DNA of 64,000 bases from Bdellovibrio sp. (lineage in GTDB: Bacteria; Bdellovibrionota; Bdellovibrionia; Bdellovibrionales; Bdellovibrionaceae): assembly GCA_036677065.1 (NCBI GenBank), contig JAKFBS010000002.1, positions 800,001 through 864,000 of the forward strand, in the 5' to 3' direction. Made by a program: the position numbers and the translations under genes. This document shows positions 39,132 to 49,019 of this stretch, piece by piece (position 1 is the first letter of the stretch; every line of letters starts with the position of its first letter). The notes below the pieces were generated by a model. That model had not been told where the DNA came from and did no database searches. It saw nothing but the letters and a program-made list of their open reading frames with translations.

Positions 39132-40235
39132 ATGTTCTTACGACAAACGAAACTGAAGATCGCAGAAAAAATTATGTTAGCAAGCTTAGCAATGACTGCT
39201 GTAGCATGTGATAAGGGCGCAGGCTCTTTTTCAATTCTTTCTGACAACTCTCAATTCCAACAAGCTGTTACGTTTACTCCACGTAAATTAGACGTTCTCT
39301 TCGTTGTCGATAACTCAGGCTCAATGCTGACTTCACAAAATAACTTAGCAAATAACTTTCCGTCTTTTATCGATAAGTTCATTGAGCAAGGATATGACTT
39401 TCGTATCGCAGTGACGACGACTGATGCTTTTTATGGTGACCAGTTCATCGCCACAGGTTGTTCATTGTGCAACACCGAGCAAACTCGTTTTCGCACAGGT
39501 GTTAATCCGCCAGTTTATGTTATTGACCGCGCAGATTATGATTTAAGCCTAGCTGGCGAAGAAACCCGCCTGAAGAATGATTTCACTTTAAATGTTAAAG
39601 TAGGAACAAATGGTTCAGGTGATGAACGTGCATTTTCAAGCTTTAAAGCAGCTCTTAGTTCTAGCTTAAATGTGAACTTTCACAGAGCAGATGCTTTCTT
39701 AGCTATCGTTATTGTTTCTGATGAAGAAGATTTTTCTCAATCACAATATACAATGAACGAAAGCTATGCTAATTCAAACATTCACACAGTCGCTTCGTAT
39801 AAATCTTTCTTAGACAGCTTCACTGGTGGTAATGCTTCTGAAGATTATTCAGTGTCTGCGATTTCAATTTCGGATCAAGCTTGCCGCGATACTTTAGCCG
39901 GCGGTTCTGGTGGAGCACAAAAAATTGCTGCTCGTTATAATGAATTAGTTGATTTAACTGGCGGCACTAAGAATTCAATCTGTAATCCATTTGACCAAAC
40001 ACTTGATAATATCAGTTCTCAGATTATGACCGAATCAAAACCAGTATATACGCTTGATAAAAAGCCAATTATCGCTTCTATCCGTGTAGCGGTTGGTGGT
40101 GTTCAGGTTCCGCAAAGCAGCACTGATGGCTGGTCTTATGATGCCGTCGAAAATACGATCACGATCAATGGCGCCACTTACAAACCAAGTCCAGGCGCAC
40201 CGATCTCGATCAACTTTGACCCAGATTTAAACTAA
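39132..40235 (+). CDS. vWA-domain lipoprotein (CglB-like adhesin position in the gliding operon)
   Basis: Lipobox AVAC; MIDAS VVDNSGSM; RIAVTTTD, IVSDEED; C-terminal DGWSYD..NTIT..P..G module. Confidence 0.8.
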   Translation: MFLRQTKLKIAEKIMLASLAMTAVACDKGAGSFSILSDNSQFQQAVTFTPRKLDVLFVVDNSGSMLTSQNNLANNFPSFIDKFIEQGYDFRIAVTTTDAFYGDQFIATGCSLCNTEQTRFRTGVNPPVYVIDRADYDLSLAGEETRLKNDFTLNVKVGTNGSGDERAFSSFKAALSSSLNVNFHRADAFLAIVIVSDEEDFSQSQYTMNESYANSNIHTVASYKSFLDSFTGGNASEDYSVSAISISDQACRDTLAGGSGGAQKIAARYNELVDLTGGTKNSICNPFDQTLDNISSQIMTESKPVYTLDKKPIIASIRVAVGGVQVPQSSTDGWSYDAVENTITINGATYKPSPGAPISINFDPDLN

Positions 40236-40259
40236 TTAAAATTAATAAATAAAAGGAAA

Positions 40260-40832
40260 ATGAAAATGGCGACAACTGAAAATAACTGGTATGTGTTAAT
40301 GGGCGATCAAAAATACGGACCGTATGAATATAAATCTTTAATCAACATGATTCAGACGAACCAGTTGATGGATTATAATTATGTCTGGGCGGCTCACTTA
40401 GGTTCTTGGACGCAGATCCACCAACTTGAAGAGTTCAGTAAAGATCGTTTTCAAATTTTATTACAGCAAGAATCAGAAGTCGTTTCTGCATTCATCAAGC
40501 GCGAGCACAATCGACAAGATGTTGATGTTCCCCTATTAGGACACAACCACCAAAGATTTTTTGATGGCCAAATGGTCTCAATTTCGAAAGTAGGCGCCCT
40601 CGTTCTGCTGAACTCGCCATTGATCCAGGTGGGTGATAAATTAAAACTTCATGTAAAGTCTAATGATGAGACAAAACCATTCAATGTGGAGTGCGAAGTA
40701 ATCAGAAAAAACTTTTCAAAACAACGACTTAACTCAAAATCTGGCCTCTATTATGCGGTACGTTTTCACGATATACAACCAGTGGGAGTGCAAATTATCC
40801 AATCATGGTTAAGCGCACCGAAGGCCGCATAA
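40260..40832 (+). CDS. GYF_2 (DUF4339)-PilZ fusion protein
   Basis: WYV...KYGPY...YVWAAHLGSW GYF_2 signature; REHNR (RxxxR), SISKVG, YAVRF PilZ motifs. Confidence 0.8.
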   Translation: MKMATTENNWYVLMGDQKYGPYEYKSLINMIQTNQLMDYNYVWAAHLGSWTQIHQLEEFSKDRFQILLQQESEVVSAFIKREHNRQDVDVPLLGHNHQRFFDGQMVSISKVGALVLLNSPLIQVGDKLKLHVKSNDETKPFNVECEVIRKNFSKQRLNSKSGLYYAVRFHDIQPVGVQIIQSWLSAPKAA

Positions 40833-40880
40833 CATATTTTTTTTAAACGTAATAACAGAAAAAAATCTCGGAGGATTTAT

Positions 40881-41597
40881 ATGGAAATTTTAAACTTTAT
40901 TAGAGAAGCCGGCGTAGTTGGCTGGGTTATTCTAGCTACTGGTGTTGCCGTTGCTGCCCTTGTGGTTGAACGTGCCCGCACACTTTACTTTCACTATGGT
41001 ATGAATGTCGATGCCTTCACAGGCAAAATTCATACATTAGTTTTATCAAAAAAAGTTGATGAAGCTATTGTAACCTGTGCCCAAATGGAAGATAAACCGT
41101 TAGCACGCGCTTTCAAAACGATCTTAGAAAAAGCTGATCGTGATGATGAGACGATTTTTCAGGCGCAAGACATCGCCATGTCTGAAGCGGTTCCTTTATA
41201 TACGAAACGTTTACATTACCTTTCAATGTTAGCCAACGTGGCTACTCTATTAGGTTTATTAGGTACGATTCACGGTCTTATCTTATCGTTCCAAGCGGTA
41301 GCCCAGGCCGATCCTGCAACTAAGCAAGCGATGTTAGCAAACGGTATCGCGGTATCGATGTATACAACGGCACTTGGTCTAGCGGTAGCAATTCCTGCGA
41401 TGGTTCTTTATTCATTCTTAGTTTCTCGTCAGAATGAATTACTAGAGCAATTACAAGAAAAATGCTCAAAATTAACTGAAACATTAACTAGCAGTTCGAT
41501 CCCAGGTCTTAGCAAAAACAATATCTATCCAGATGTTTCAAATGCTCCGACTACGAATACACAAGTTCCTCCATCGCATTCAACTAAAGCGTCTTAA
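40881..41597 (+). CDS. MotA/TolQ/ExbB proton channel protein (AglR-like)
   Basis: ANVATLLGLLGTIHGLILSF, GIAVSMYTTALGLAVAIPA. Confidence 0.9.
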   Translation: MEILNFIREAGVVGWVILATGVAVAALVVERARTLYFHYGMNVDAFTGKIHTLVLSKKVDEAIVTCAQMEDKPLARAFKTILEKADRDDETIFQAQDIAMSEAVPLYTKRLHYLSMLANVATLLGLLGTIHGLILSFQAVAQADPATKQAMLANGIAVSMYTTALGLAVAIPAMVLYSFLVSRQNELLEQLQEKCSKLTETLTSSSIPGLSKNNIYPDVSNAPTTNTQVPPSHSTKAS

Positions 41598-41621
41598 TTA
41601 AGACGCTAACAGGAGACTTTT

Positions 41622-42170
41622 ATGGGTCGCAGATTTAAATTACTTATCGATCGCAACGCTGAGTTTGAATTAGACTTGGCGCCGTTACTTGCGGTGATGG
41701 TAAAACTTGTGCCAGTTCTGTTGTTATCATCGGCCTTCGTGCAAATGATGATCATCGAAACTGATTTACCGCAAGTGGTTCAAGAAGCAATTAAAAAACA
41801 AGAAGCAGATCCTAATGCAGCGTCAATTTCTGTAGCCGTGACAACTAAAGAAGGTGTTAAAATTACTTTGACTGAAAAAGGTAAAGCTCACATTGAAGTT
41901 GTCGGATTAGGTCAAGACAAACAGATCGACTATCCTGCTTTACATGCTAAGTTTGTTGAACTTAAAAAGAGCCATCCGGCTATTTTTAAAATCGACATTC
42001 AACCCGACGAAGACGTTGCCTACAAAGACGTTGTTAAAGTGATGGATGAAGCTCGCAAAGCCCGCGCTAAAGATCTTAAATTTCCGGTCAAAGACGAAAA
42101 ATCAGGTAAAGAAAGTACTACAGAGTACATGTTTCCTGAAATCGTATTTGGCAATACAATGGATGGTTAA
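41622..42170 (+). CDS. ExbD/TolR-family protein (AglQ-like); TM Asp absent
   Basis: ELDLAPLLAVMVKLVPVLL TM; PDEDVAYKDVVKVMDEAR C-terminal signature. Confidence 0.8.
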   Translation: MGRRFKLLIDRNAEFELDLAPLLAVMVKLVPVLLLSSAFVQMMIIETDLPQVVQEAIKKQEADPNAASISVAVTTKEGVKITLTEKGKAHIEVVGLGQDKQIDYPALHAKFVELKKSHPAIFKIDIQPDEDVAYKDVVKVMDEARKARAKDLKFPVKDEKSGKESTTEYMFPEIVFGNTMDG

Positions 42171-42172
42171 TT

Positions 42173-42664
42173 ATGCCTACAAGAACAAGATTCAAAGTAC
42201 CAGTTAAAAGAAGTCAATCGTTCGGTCTAAACATTACCTCGATGACAGATATGTTTACGATCTTACTGGTCTTCTTATTACAAAGCTTCGCTGCGGGTGA
42301 AGTTCAAATTGATCCGGCCGAAGGCGTACGTCTTCCGCAATCGATGACAGAAAAAAACCCTGTTGACGGTGCGCGCGTATCAGTTTCAGCTAAAGAGATC
42401 AAATTCGATCAAAAAGTCGTAGCATTAATTAAAGACAATAAAATAGATAGCGCAGCTTTAGATGCGCATGATAATCAATTTATCAAACCACTATTTGACG
42501 AATTAAAAAAATTAAACACAGAAAACGAAAAACTGGCTAAGACCGGCAAAGTATTATTACAAGCCGATCAAGATCTTCCTTATGCGACATTACGTAAAAT
42601 TATGTACACGGCATCAATGGCTGGATTTCCAAATCTAAAGCTTGTAACAACTGTGGGTAACTAA
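42173..42664 (+). CDS. ExbD/TolR-family protein (AglS-like)
   Basis: LNITSMTDMFTILLVFLL, QADQDLPYATLRKIMYTASMAGF. Confidence 0.85.
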   Translation: MPTRTRFKVPVKRSQSFGLNITSMTDMFTILLVFLLQSFAAGEVQIDPAEGVRLPQSMTEKNPVDGARVSVSAKEIKFDQKVVALIKDNKIDSAALDAHDNQFIKPLFDELKKLNTENEKLAKTGKVLLQADQDLPYATLRKIMYTASMAGFPNLKLVTTVGN

Positions 42665-42678
42665 ATATGACGACAACT

Positions 42679-42718
42679 ATGACTCTTAATTCAATTATAA
42701 AGGATGAAGTAAATATGA
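42679..42718 (+). repeat. 40-bp leader repeat, copy 1 (uORF MTLNSIIKDEVNMNSDE*, stop at 42730-42732)
   Basis: ATGACTCTTAATTCAATTATAAAGGATGAAGTAAATATGA; 35/40 identical to 48974-49013. Confidence 0.9.
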
Positions 42719-42724
42719 ACTCAG

Positions 42725-45700
42725 ATGAGTAAACATTTATTAATTATCGTTCTACTTTGCATTACGCAATTCGCGGCGCAATTCACCAATGCAGCCCAAG
42801 ATGAGGCCAAAGGCCTATTACCTGAAGTTAAACTTAACTCTGATAATGAAGAAGTTAATACTGAAAAAGCTTTCAAATCTGAAGTGCTAATCACCAAAGC
42901 TGAAGGCAAAGCCATTGAAGCTTTAAAAAAGATTATCATTAAGAAAAAAGGCACTGCTGAAGAAGCAGATTTACAATACCGTTTAGCCGAGCTTTATATG
43001 CGTCGTGCAAAATCGGGCCGCTTTTTCGATTTAAATGAAGGTGCTAGCAACAAACTTGATAAATTAGGCGTACAAAGCCAAAAATCAATCGAATCGTTAA
43101 AATTAGCTATCGAAATTTACAACAAAATTGAAAAGCAATTTCCTAATTATAAACAGTTAGATGAAGTTCTTTTTAATAACGCTTTAGCTCATTCGCAAAC
43201 AAAACAAATCGAACGTTCTAAAGATCTATATAATAAATTAACTAACCAATTTCCAAAATCTGTTTTAATGCCAGATGCCCTGCTTGAAGTGGGCGAACTG
43301 TATTACAACCAACAGAACTTTAGCGTGTCTTTAGAAAAATTTAAAGCCATTGAAAAATACCCTAAATCTAAGGCCTACCCTTATGGTTTATATAAGTCTG
43401 CCTGGGCTTTGTATAATTTAAAAAGAACTGACGAAGGTGTTCAGCAATTAGTTCAGGTTGTTAAAATCAACCCGGCTGATGCCCAAGACGAAAAAAAGTA
43501 CAACTTACGTAAAGAAGCTTTACGTGATTTAACTTTATTTGTTGGCGAAACGACTCCGCCAGAACAACTTTATGGATTCTTCAAAAAGCTTTGCACTGAA
43601 AATGAATTAGGTGAAGTTGTTTACAACTTGGCTAATCTTTATGAATCACATTCACGTTTTAAAGAGATTTCAATTTTCGCTAACGAATTTATCAATGAAT
43701 TTCCGTCAAGCGAACATTCTTCAAAAGTTTACACTAAACTTATTGATGCTGAAGAGACTTTAAAAAACCGTCCGCATGTGATTTCTCATCTGAAAAAATT
43801 CGGAAGTCATTGCCAATTGTTAGTTGGTGAAAGTCAAAAGCCTTGCAAAGACAACTTTCGTAAAATCAGCTTAGAAATCTCTAAAAAATGGTGGGATATC
43901 TGGCTTAAAAATAAAAAACACGTTGAATTTTCTAAGTTGACTGAACAGGCTTTTGAAATTCTATTATCGCAAGAAGATGTGGCCCTTCCCGATTCAACTT
44001 CGCGTTATGCCTATGCAGAGTTATTATTTCAATTAGAAAAATTTGAGGCAGCTCAAAGTAATTACTTTACTGTGTCTAACCACAAAGGTTTAGACAAAAC
44101 GCGTTCACATGATGCTCTTTATGGCGCTTTATTCAGCGTTGAAAAACAATTAGAAAAAACCAAAGACGAAGTGCAGGTTGTGGGGTTAACAACTCAACAA
44201 AAAGAATTAGCACAACGTTATGTTAAAGAATATCCAAACGGTGAACATTATGAAAGTTTACAGTTTAAATTAGGTTTTATCGCGTACCAACAAAAAGACT
44301 ACGATAAATCTTTAGAAATTTTAACGCCGTTTACAACTAAATCTAAAAATGTCCAGTTAAAAACTAAAGCTGAAGACATCGTTTTAGATATTTATAACGT
44401 TAAAAAAGATTTTAAAAAAATTATGTCTTTTTCTGGTCAGGTTGGAAAAGCTGTCACTGATGATAAACGTAAAAAATATTTAAATCAAATTAACGAAGAA
44501 GCTAACTTTGCCCAGGTGCAAGTTGATTCTGAAAACTTAAAAGTTGATAAAAAAATTCAGCTTTTGAAAGATTTCGCTCTAGCGCATAAAAATTCAAAAT
44601 TAGGCCAAGATTCATTATGGCAGTGTGTATCGTTAGCTTTTGCTAACGGACTCGATGTCATGGGTGCAGATCTTTCATTAGAGTATGCTAATGCCTACCC
44701 TTCTGATAAAAAGAACTTAGATGCAGTAAAAGACGCGGCCAACGCCTACGTTCAAGCCGGCCAACTTAAAAAAGCCATTTCTACATTTCGCGATTTAGCG
44801 CGTTTAGAAACATCTAAATCTTTTGCTCACTTAGAAACGTCGTGTGATTTGTTGCGTGTAAATTCGCAATTACCAGAAGCACGTGGTTGTTATAAAGCAC
44901 TATTTGATAAAGCTGAGAAAAATAAAAAGATCGAGCTTTTAACAAAAATGATGAAAGCTTTCGGCGATAAGAAAAATCATGCTGAACTTGAATCTATTGA
45001 AAATCAAATCTTACGTGACAATATCGAGCCTTATGCCACGCAATTGTTGATCTCTAAAGCCAGAGAGCATTTAGCGAACAAAAAATACACTGAAGCCTTT
45101 AATCTTTCGATGAAGATTAATTCACGTCCGGTCGATGCTGATGCACGTGCTGAAGCGCGCTTGATCCAGGCTGCCGTATTAGAGTACGAATTTATCACTC
45201 AAAGCGTAAAAGCCCGTGAAAGTAAGTTTTCAATGGTTTTAGCCATGAAGACTGAAAAATTCGATAAAGCATTTACAGCTTATTCATCAACAATCAAAAT
45301 GTCTAAGTCAGATAAGATTCAAGCTGAAGCCTTACAAGGTATTGACCGTTTATATGCTAACTTCGTTGAAGCCTTAACGACTATGCCTGTGCCACAAAGT
45401 TTAACGCCAGATGAACGTGATGGTTTAAAAGCCGAACTTGTGAAAATGTCGACGCCGTTTCAAGAAAAACGTAAAGAGAATTTAACTAAATTACGCCAGG
45501 TTTCAAAACTTTCGGCGACGAACAGTGAAATGATCAACTGGGCTGATTACAGTATCGAAAAAACTGTCGAGCCACGTTTGTTCTTTCCGTCTTACCAGAA
45601 GTTAACTCACTACTTACCGTCTAGTCTTAGCGATTACAAAGACTATTCACGTTTACCAGCATCTGATAAAAAATGTGATTTACAAAAACCCGTAGCATCT

Positions 45701-46381
45701 TCTATCGGTGGTTGTATTCAGACTAAACGTTATGCGGATGCAGAGAAAATGGCGCTTAAGTTAACAGAGACTAAAGAGCAACGTGCCATTGGTTTATACT
45801 ACTTAAGCGTAGTCGCCGATGCTAATAACGAAACTGATAAAGCGCTATGGATGATCGAGAAGGCACAAAGCCTGGAACCACAAGTGGCGTTCTTCCATTT
45901 TCAAAAAGGGAAAGTTCTATATTCTGTCGAAGGAATTAACAGTGCTTTACCGAATTTCGAAAAAGCTTTTGACATTAAAAAATCGTCTAAAGAAATCACT
46001 GTTATGAACGCTTTAAAGTCGTTCTCAGATCGAGATTTTATCACGGCCTCAACCGAATTTTCGCAACTATCGACTGAAGACCTGTATAATTTTAATGTGG
46101 CTGTATTATACGTAGAATCTATTTTACAAAAAGGCGAAACGGCAGAGGCAGTAAGCCTAGCTCAAAGGCTAGTCAATGCTCAGCCTAAAAATGTCGATAT
46201 GCTTTTAGAGCAAGCTCGTATTTTTGAAGAATTTTCTTTGAAAAAAGAAGATGCCGTCCAGTCTTACCAAAAAGCCATGGGCGCAACACTTAGTGCAGAT
46301 CAAAAAGACTGGCTTAAAAAGAAAATTGAATTTTTAAAAACGAATAAAAACAGTCAGATTTCAATGAGTGTGGGTGAATAG
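42725..46381 (+). CDS. Large exported TPR protein, GltD/AgmU-like (possibly with a fused GltE-like C-terminus)
   Basis: Signal peptide; many TPRs (YRLAELY, ALLEVGELYY, YGLYKSAWALYNL, LRKEALRDL); position after the aglRQS-like genes. Confidence 0.75.
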   Translation: MSKHLLIIVLLCITQFAAQFTNAAQDEAKGLLPEVKLNSDNEEVNTEKAFKSEVLITKAEGKAIEALKKIIIKKKGTAEEADLQYRLAELYMRRAKSGRFFDLNEGASNKLDKLGVQSQKSIESLKLAIEIYNKIEKQFPNYKQLDEVLFNNALAHSQTKQIERSKDLYNKLTNQFPKSVLMPDALLEVGELYYNQQNFSVSLEKFKAIEKYPKSKAYPYGLYKSAWALYNLKRTDEGVQQLVQVVKINPADAQDEKKYNLRKEALRDLTLFVGETTPPEQLYGFFKKLCTENELGEVVYNLANLYESHSRFKEISIFANEFINEFPSSEHSSKVYTKLIDAEETLKNRPHVISHLKKFGSHCQLLVGESQKPCKDNFRKISLEISKKWWDIWLKNKKHVEFSKLTEQAFEILLSQEDVALPDSTSRYAYAELLFQLEKFEAAQSNYFTVSNHKGLDKTRSHDALYGALFSVEKQLEKTKDEVQVVGLTTQQKELAQRYVKEYPNGEHYESLQFKLGFIAYQQKDYDKSLEILTPFTTKSKNVQLKTKAEDIVLDIYNVKKDFKKIMSFSGQVGKAVTDDKRKKYLNQINEEANFAQVQVDSENLKVDKKIQLLKDFALAHKNSKLGQDSLWQCVSLAFANGLDVMGADLSLEYANAYPSDKKNLDAVKDAANAYVQAGQLKKAISTFRDLARLETSKSFAHLETSCDLLRVNSQLPEARGCYKALFDKAEKNKKIELLTKMMKAFGDKKNHAELESIENQILRDNIEPYATQLLISKAREHLANKKYTEAFNLSMKINSRPVDADARAEARLIQAAVLEYEFITQSVKARESKFSMVLAMKTEKFDKAFTAYSSTIKMSKSDKIQAEALQGIDRLYANFVEALTTMPVPQSLTPDERDGLKAELVKMSTPFQEKRKENLTKLRQVSKLSATNSEMINWADYSIEKTVEPRLFFPSYQKLTHYLPSSLSDYKDYSRLPASDKKCDLQKPVASSIGGCIQTKRYADAEKMALKLTETKEQRAIGLYYLSVVADANNETDKALWMIEKAQSLEPQVAFFHFQKGKVLYSVEGINSALPNFEKAFDIKKSSKEITVMNALKSFSDRDFITASTEFSQLSTEDLYNFNVAVLYVESILQKGETAEAVSLAQRLVNAQPKNVDMLLEQARIFEEFSLKKEDAVQSYQKAMGATLSADQKDWLKKKIEFLKTNKNSQISMSVGE

Positions 46382-46382
46382 T

Positions 46383-46649
46383 ATGAACGTAAAATTTTTG
46401 GCTTCTTTAACATTAGCTTTAATCTTAACTTTTATGCCGTTTTTGGTATCTGCTAAAAGTGCAGCTAAAAAAACGAAAACTCGCGATGTTCAGGAAGTGA
46501 ACTTTGGCGAAATGAACTTAAAAGGTACGATCAGAAATCCTGATGGTGCTTATTTAGTGCAAAAAAAAGGTATTAAATTTATGCCCTTGCACGATATCCA
46601 AAAAGACATGGATAAAAAGATTCGCGAAACTTCACTTTATATTGAATAG
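46383..46649 (+). CDS. Small exported protein, GltF/CglF-like
   Basis: Signal peptide from ATG 46383; EVNFGEMNLKGTIRNPDGAYL; lies between the TPR gene and the GltG-like gene. Confidence 0.7.
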   Translation: MNVKFLASLTLALILTFMPFLVSAKSAAKKTKTRDVQEVNFGEMNLKGTIRNPDGAYLVQKKGIKFMPLHDIQKDMDKKIRETSLYIE

Positions 46650-46676
46650 TTTAATTTAAATACGGAGATACTGAAT

Positions 46677-48125
46677 ATGAGTATTTTAAAGATCACACAA
46701 ACGACACAAGATGGTCGCCGAAAAATCTGGAAGGTCGACACTAAAAAGTCATTACTGACTTTTGGTTCTTCGCGCAAAACAGACTTTGGCTCGATCGACC
46801 GCATGAGCACGCCATTTGATGCTGTTGTTGAAAATCGTCCAGATGGCTGGCATTTTATCAGCTTCGATATGAAGAATACGTCACCGGATTTAAAAATCGC
46901 GGACAACACTTCATTTGAATTTGCTGAATCAAAATTATTATTTAATATCGTTGAGAAAGAGGAGTTTGTTCTTAGTGGCTTAGAAAACGTGAACCCCCAA
47001 ATTGTGACTCGCGGCACTAAGAAAAAAATTCTTATCGTTTCTAGAAGCGGTAAAATTTTAAAAACTGAAGTTAAAGATGTTAATCACACTTTAACTTATT
47101 CAATCGGTGGCATTTCGCACACCCTACCCTTTAAAGGTAACGATTCATGGGAGCACCATGAAATTGAAGGTTTTAATTTCAAATCTAAATTAATGAACTT
47201 AAACGAAGTGACTGATTTAGAAAAAAATCCTAACGAAGGCCTGGTTGATAAAGAAGGCAAAAAGATGTTGATCCTGACTTTAGGGGCGATGTTTTTATTC
47301 GTAGGTATCGGGGTTTTTGCTCCGAAAAAAGATTTAGTTGAAGAATTAACAGTACCGAAATCAAGTTCAAGCTTAGTTGTAAAAATGGAGTTCAAAAAAC
47401 CTAAAGAAAAATCTGCAGGTCAACCAACTCCGGTTAAAATTAAACAGGCTCAAGCAACGGCGCAAACAAACCCTGCTGCTGGCGGTGGTAAAGTGAACGC
47501 GCTTTTAAAAGGCGCGATCGGCGTTCGAATTTCGCAGCTTATGGGTAAAGTTTCTGCGACAGAAGCACGTACCGCACAAGTTTTAGTAACTACATCAGGA
47601 GTTAAAGCTGGTGATGCTGATTCAGGCCGTGCCTTAGCTGCTGTTGGTAAAGCTGATTCATCAGGCCGTAACTGGAATGGTGAAGCTACGGCTACTAGTG
47701 CCGGTAAGGGTGTATCCACTGGTGGCGTAGGTGCCGGTAAAGGTACTAGCGCAATGGGCACTGGCTTAGCTGCTGGTAAAACCGGTTCTGGTGGTGTTGG
47801 CCTTATCGAAGAAGAATCAGAAGTGGTTGGCGGTTTAGATCGCGAAGTTATCGCACAATATATCAAATCACAACTTGGACAAATTCTTTATTGTTACGAA
47901 CGCCAATTATCAGCAAATCCTGATTTATACGGTAAAGTGGCCGTGAAATTCACGATCGCCGGTACTGGCCAAGTTGAAACACAAGCTATTAACCAAACAA
48001 CTTTAAAAAGTGTTCCGGTTGAAGGCTGTATCTTAAATAAAATCGCTAAATGGAAGTTTCCAGAGCCTAAAGGCGGAACGAAAGTGGTTGTGACCTACCC
48101 GTTCTTATTTAAGAGTACGAATTAA
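46677..48125 (+). CDS. GltG/PglI-like protein (cytoplasmic N-terminus, one TM, Gly-rich linker, TonB-like AgmX/PglI C-terminal domain)
   Basis: GLDREVIAQYI..QILYCYERQLSANPDLYGKVAVKFTI...VEGCI..WKFPEPKGG..VTYPFLF. Confidence 0.85.
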   Translation: MSILKITQTTQDGRRKIWKVDTKKSLLTFGSSRKTDFGSIDRMSTPFDAVVENRPDGWHFISFDMKNTSPDLKIADNTSFEFAESKLLFNIVEKEEFVLSGLENVNPQIVTRGTKKKILIVSRSGKILKTEVKDVNHTLTYSIGGISHTLPFKGNDSWEHHEIEGFNFKSKLMNLNEVTDLEKNPNEGLVDKEGKKMLILTLGAMFLFVGIGVFAPKKDLVEELTVPKSSSSLVVKMEFKKPKEKSAGQPTPVKIKQAQATAQTNPAAGGGKVNALLKGAIGVRISQLMGKVSATEARTAQVLVTTSGVKAGDADSGRALAAVGKADSSGRNWNGEATATSAGKGVSTGGVGAGKGTSAMGTGLAAGKTGSGGVGLIEEESEVVGGLDREVIAQYIKSQLGQILYCYERQLSANPDLYGKVAVKFTIAGTGQVETQAINQTTLKSVPVEGCILNKIAKWKFPEPKGGTKVVVTYPFLFKSTN

Positions 48126-48188
48126 TTTTTATAGGATTTAACGAAAAAATAACTTTAGGTAAAGGCCTAAGTAAAACAAAACGAGGAA

Positions 48189-48959
48189 ATGAAAAAGAAC
48201 CAATTACTTCTTGCAGTTGCAACAATGATGTTATTCACCGCTCAACAGGCCTTCGCGCAATCAGCTTCTGGTACAATCAGAAGTTCTGATAAAGTTGATT
48301 TAAAAAAATTAGAAGATAAATACTGGTCTGCTAAAGATGAAGACTACGGTGTTATCCAAAACAGAACTTACTCAAAAGCCCAAAAATTTTATGGATCTCT
48401 TGTCGCCGGTACCTTAATCAATGACCCGTTTGCAGAAGCTAAACCAATGGGTGCCATGCTTGGTTATTACTTCACAGAAGATTTCGGTGTGGAATTAAGC
48501 TATTTAAACCACGATGCAGATAAGAATGAAACTGTTGAAAAGTTAAATTCAGTAAACGTGGCGGTTTCGCCAAATTACAACTTAGTTAAAAATGCCATTA
48601 CAGCTTCTGCAACGTATACGCCGTTTTATGCAAAAATGGCGTTTATGAATAAGTCGATCATGTATTTCGATATGGGATTTACAGCAGGCCTTGGAATGAC
48701 AACTTATGACCAAGTATCAACACCTTCGCAAGGGGCTGCCGAACAGTTGACTTCAAAGTCGACCCCGCATTTCGAACTGGGTTTTATGCAGCAGTTATTT
48801 ATCAGTAAGAATTTTGCATTTCGTTTGGATTTAAAAAATACATTCTATTCGCAAAAAGTTGTTCCTTACCAGTCAAATTTTAATACCACAACTGGTGAAG
48901 AAACTAAATCGTCGAATGATACGACATTAACATTCGGTGTAACGTTATTTACGAATTAA
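48189..48959 (+). CDS. Outer-membrane beta-barrel, GltA/GltB-like
   Basis: Signal peptide; VIQNRTYSK, NDPF, GYYFTE, TPFYAKMAF..YFD, FAFRLDLK. Confidence 0.8.
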   Translation: MKKNQLLLAVATMMLFTAQQAFAQSASGTIRSSDKVDLKKLEDKYWSAKDEDYGVIQNRTYSKAQKFYGSLVAGTLINDPFAEAKPMGAMLGYYFTEDFGVELSYLNHDADKNETVEKLNSVNVAVSPNYNLVKNAITASATYTPFYAKMAFMNKSIMYFDMGFTAGLGMTTYDQVSTPSQGAAEQLTSKSTPHFELGFMQQLFISKNFAFRLDLKNTFYSQKVVPYQSNFNTTTGEETKSSNDTTLTFGVTLFTN

Positions 48960-48973
48960 TAGGGATATTTAAG

Positions 48974-49013
48974 ATGACTTTATTTTCAATTAAAAAGGAT
49001 GAAGTAAATATGA
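48974..49013 (+). repeat. 40-bp leader repeat, copy 2 (uORF MTLFSIKKDEVNMMFHVYK*, stop at 49031-49033)
   Basis: ATGACTTTATTTTCAATTAAAAAGGATGAAGTAAATATGA; last 20 bp identical to 42699-42718. Confidence 0.9.
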
Positions 49014-49019
49014 TGTTTC

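Noticed and set aside
46637..47866. Minus-strand ORFs of 99-138 aa
   Set aside because: Antisense shadows of the Gly/Ala-rich gltG-like gene.
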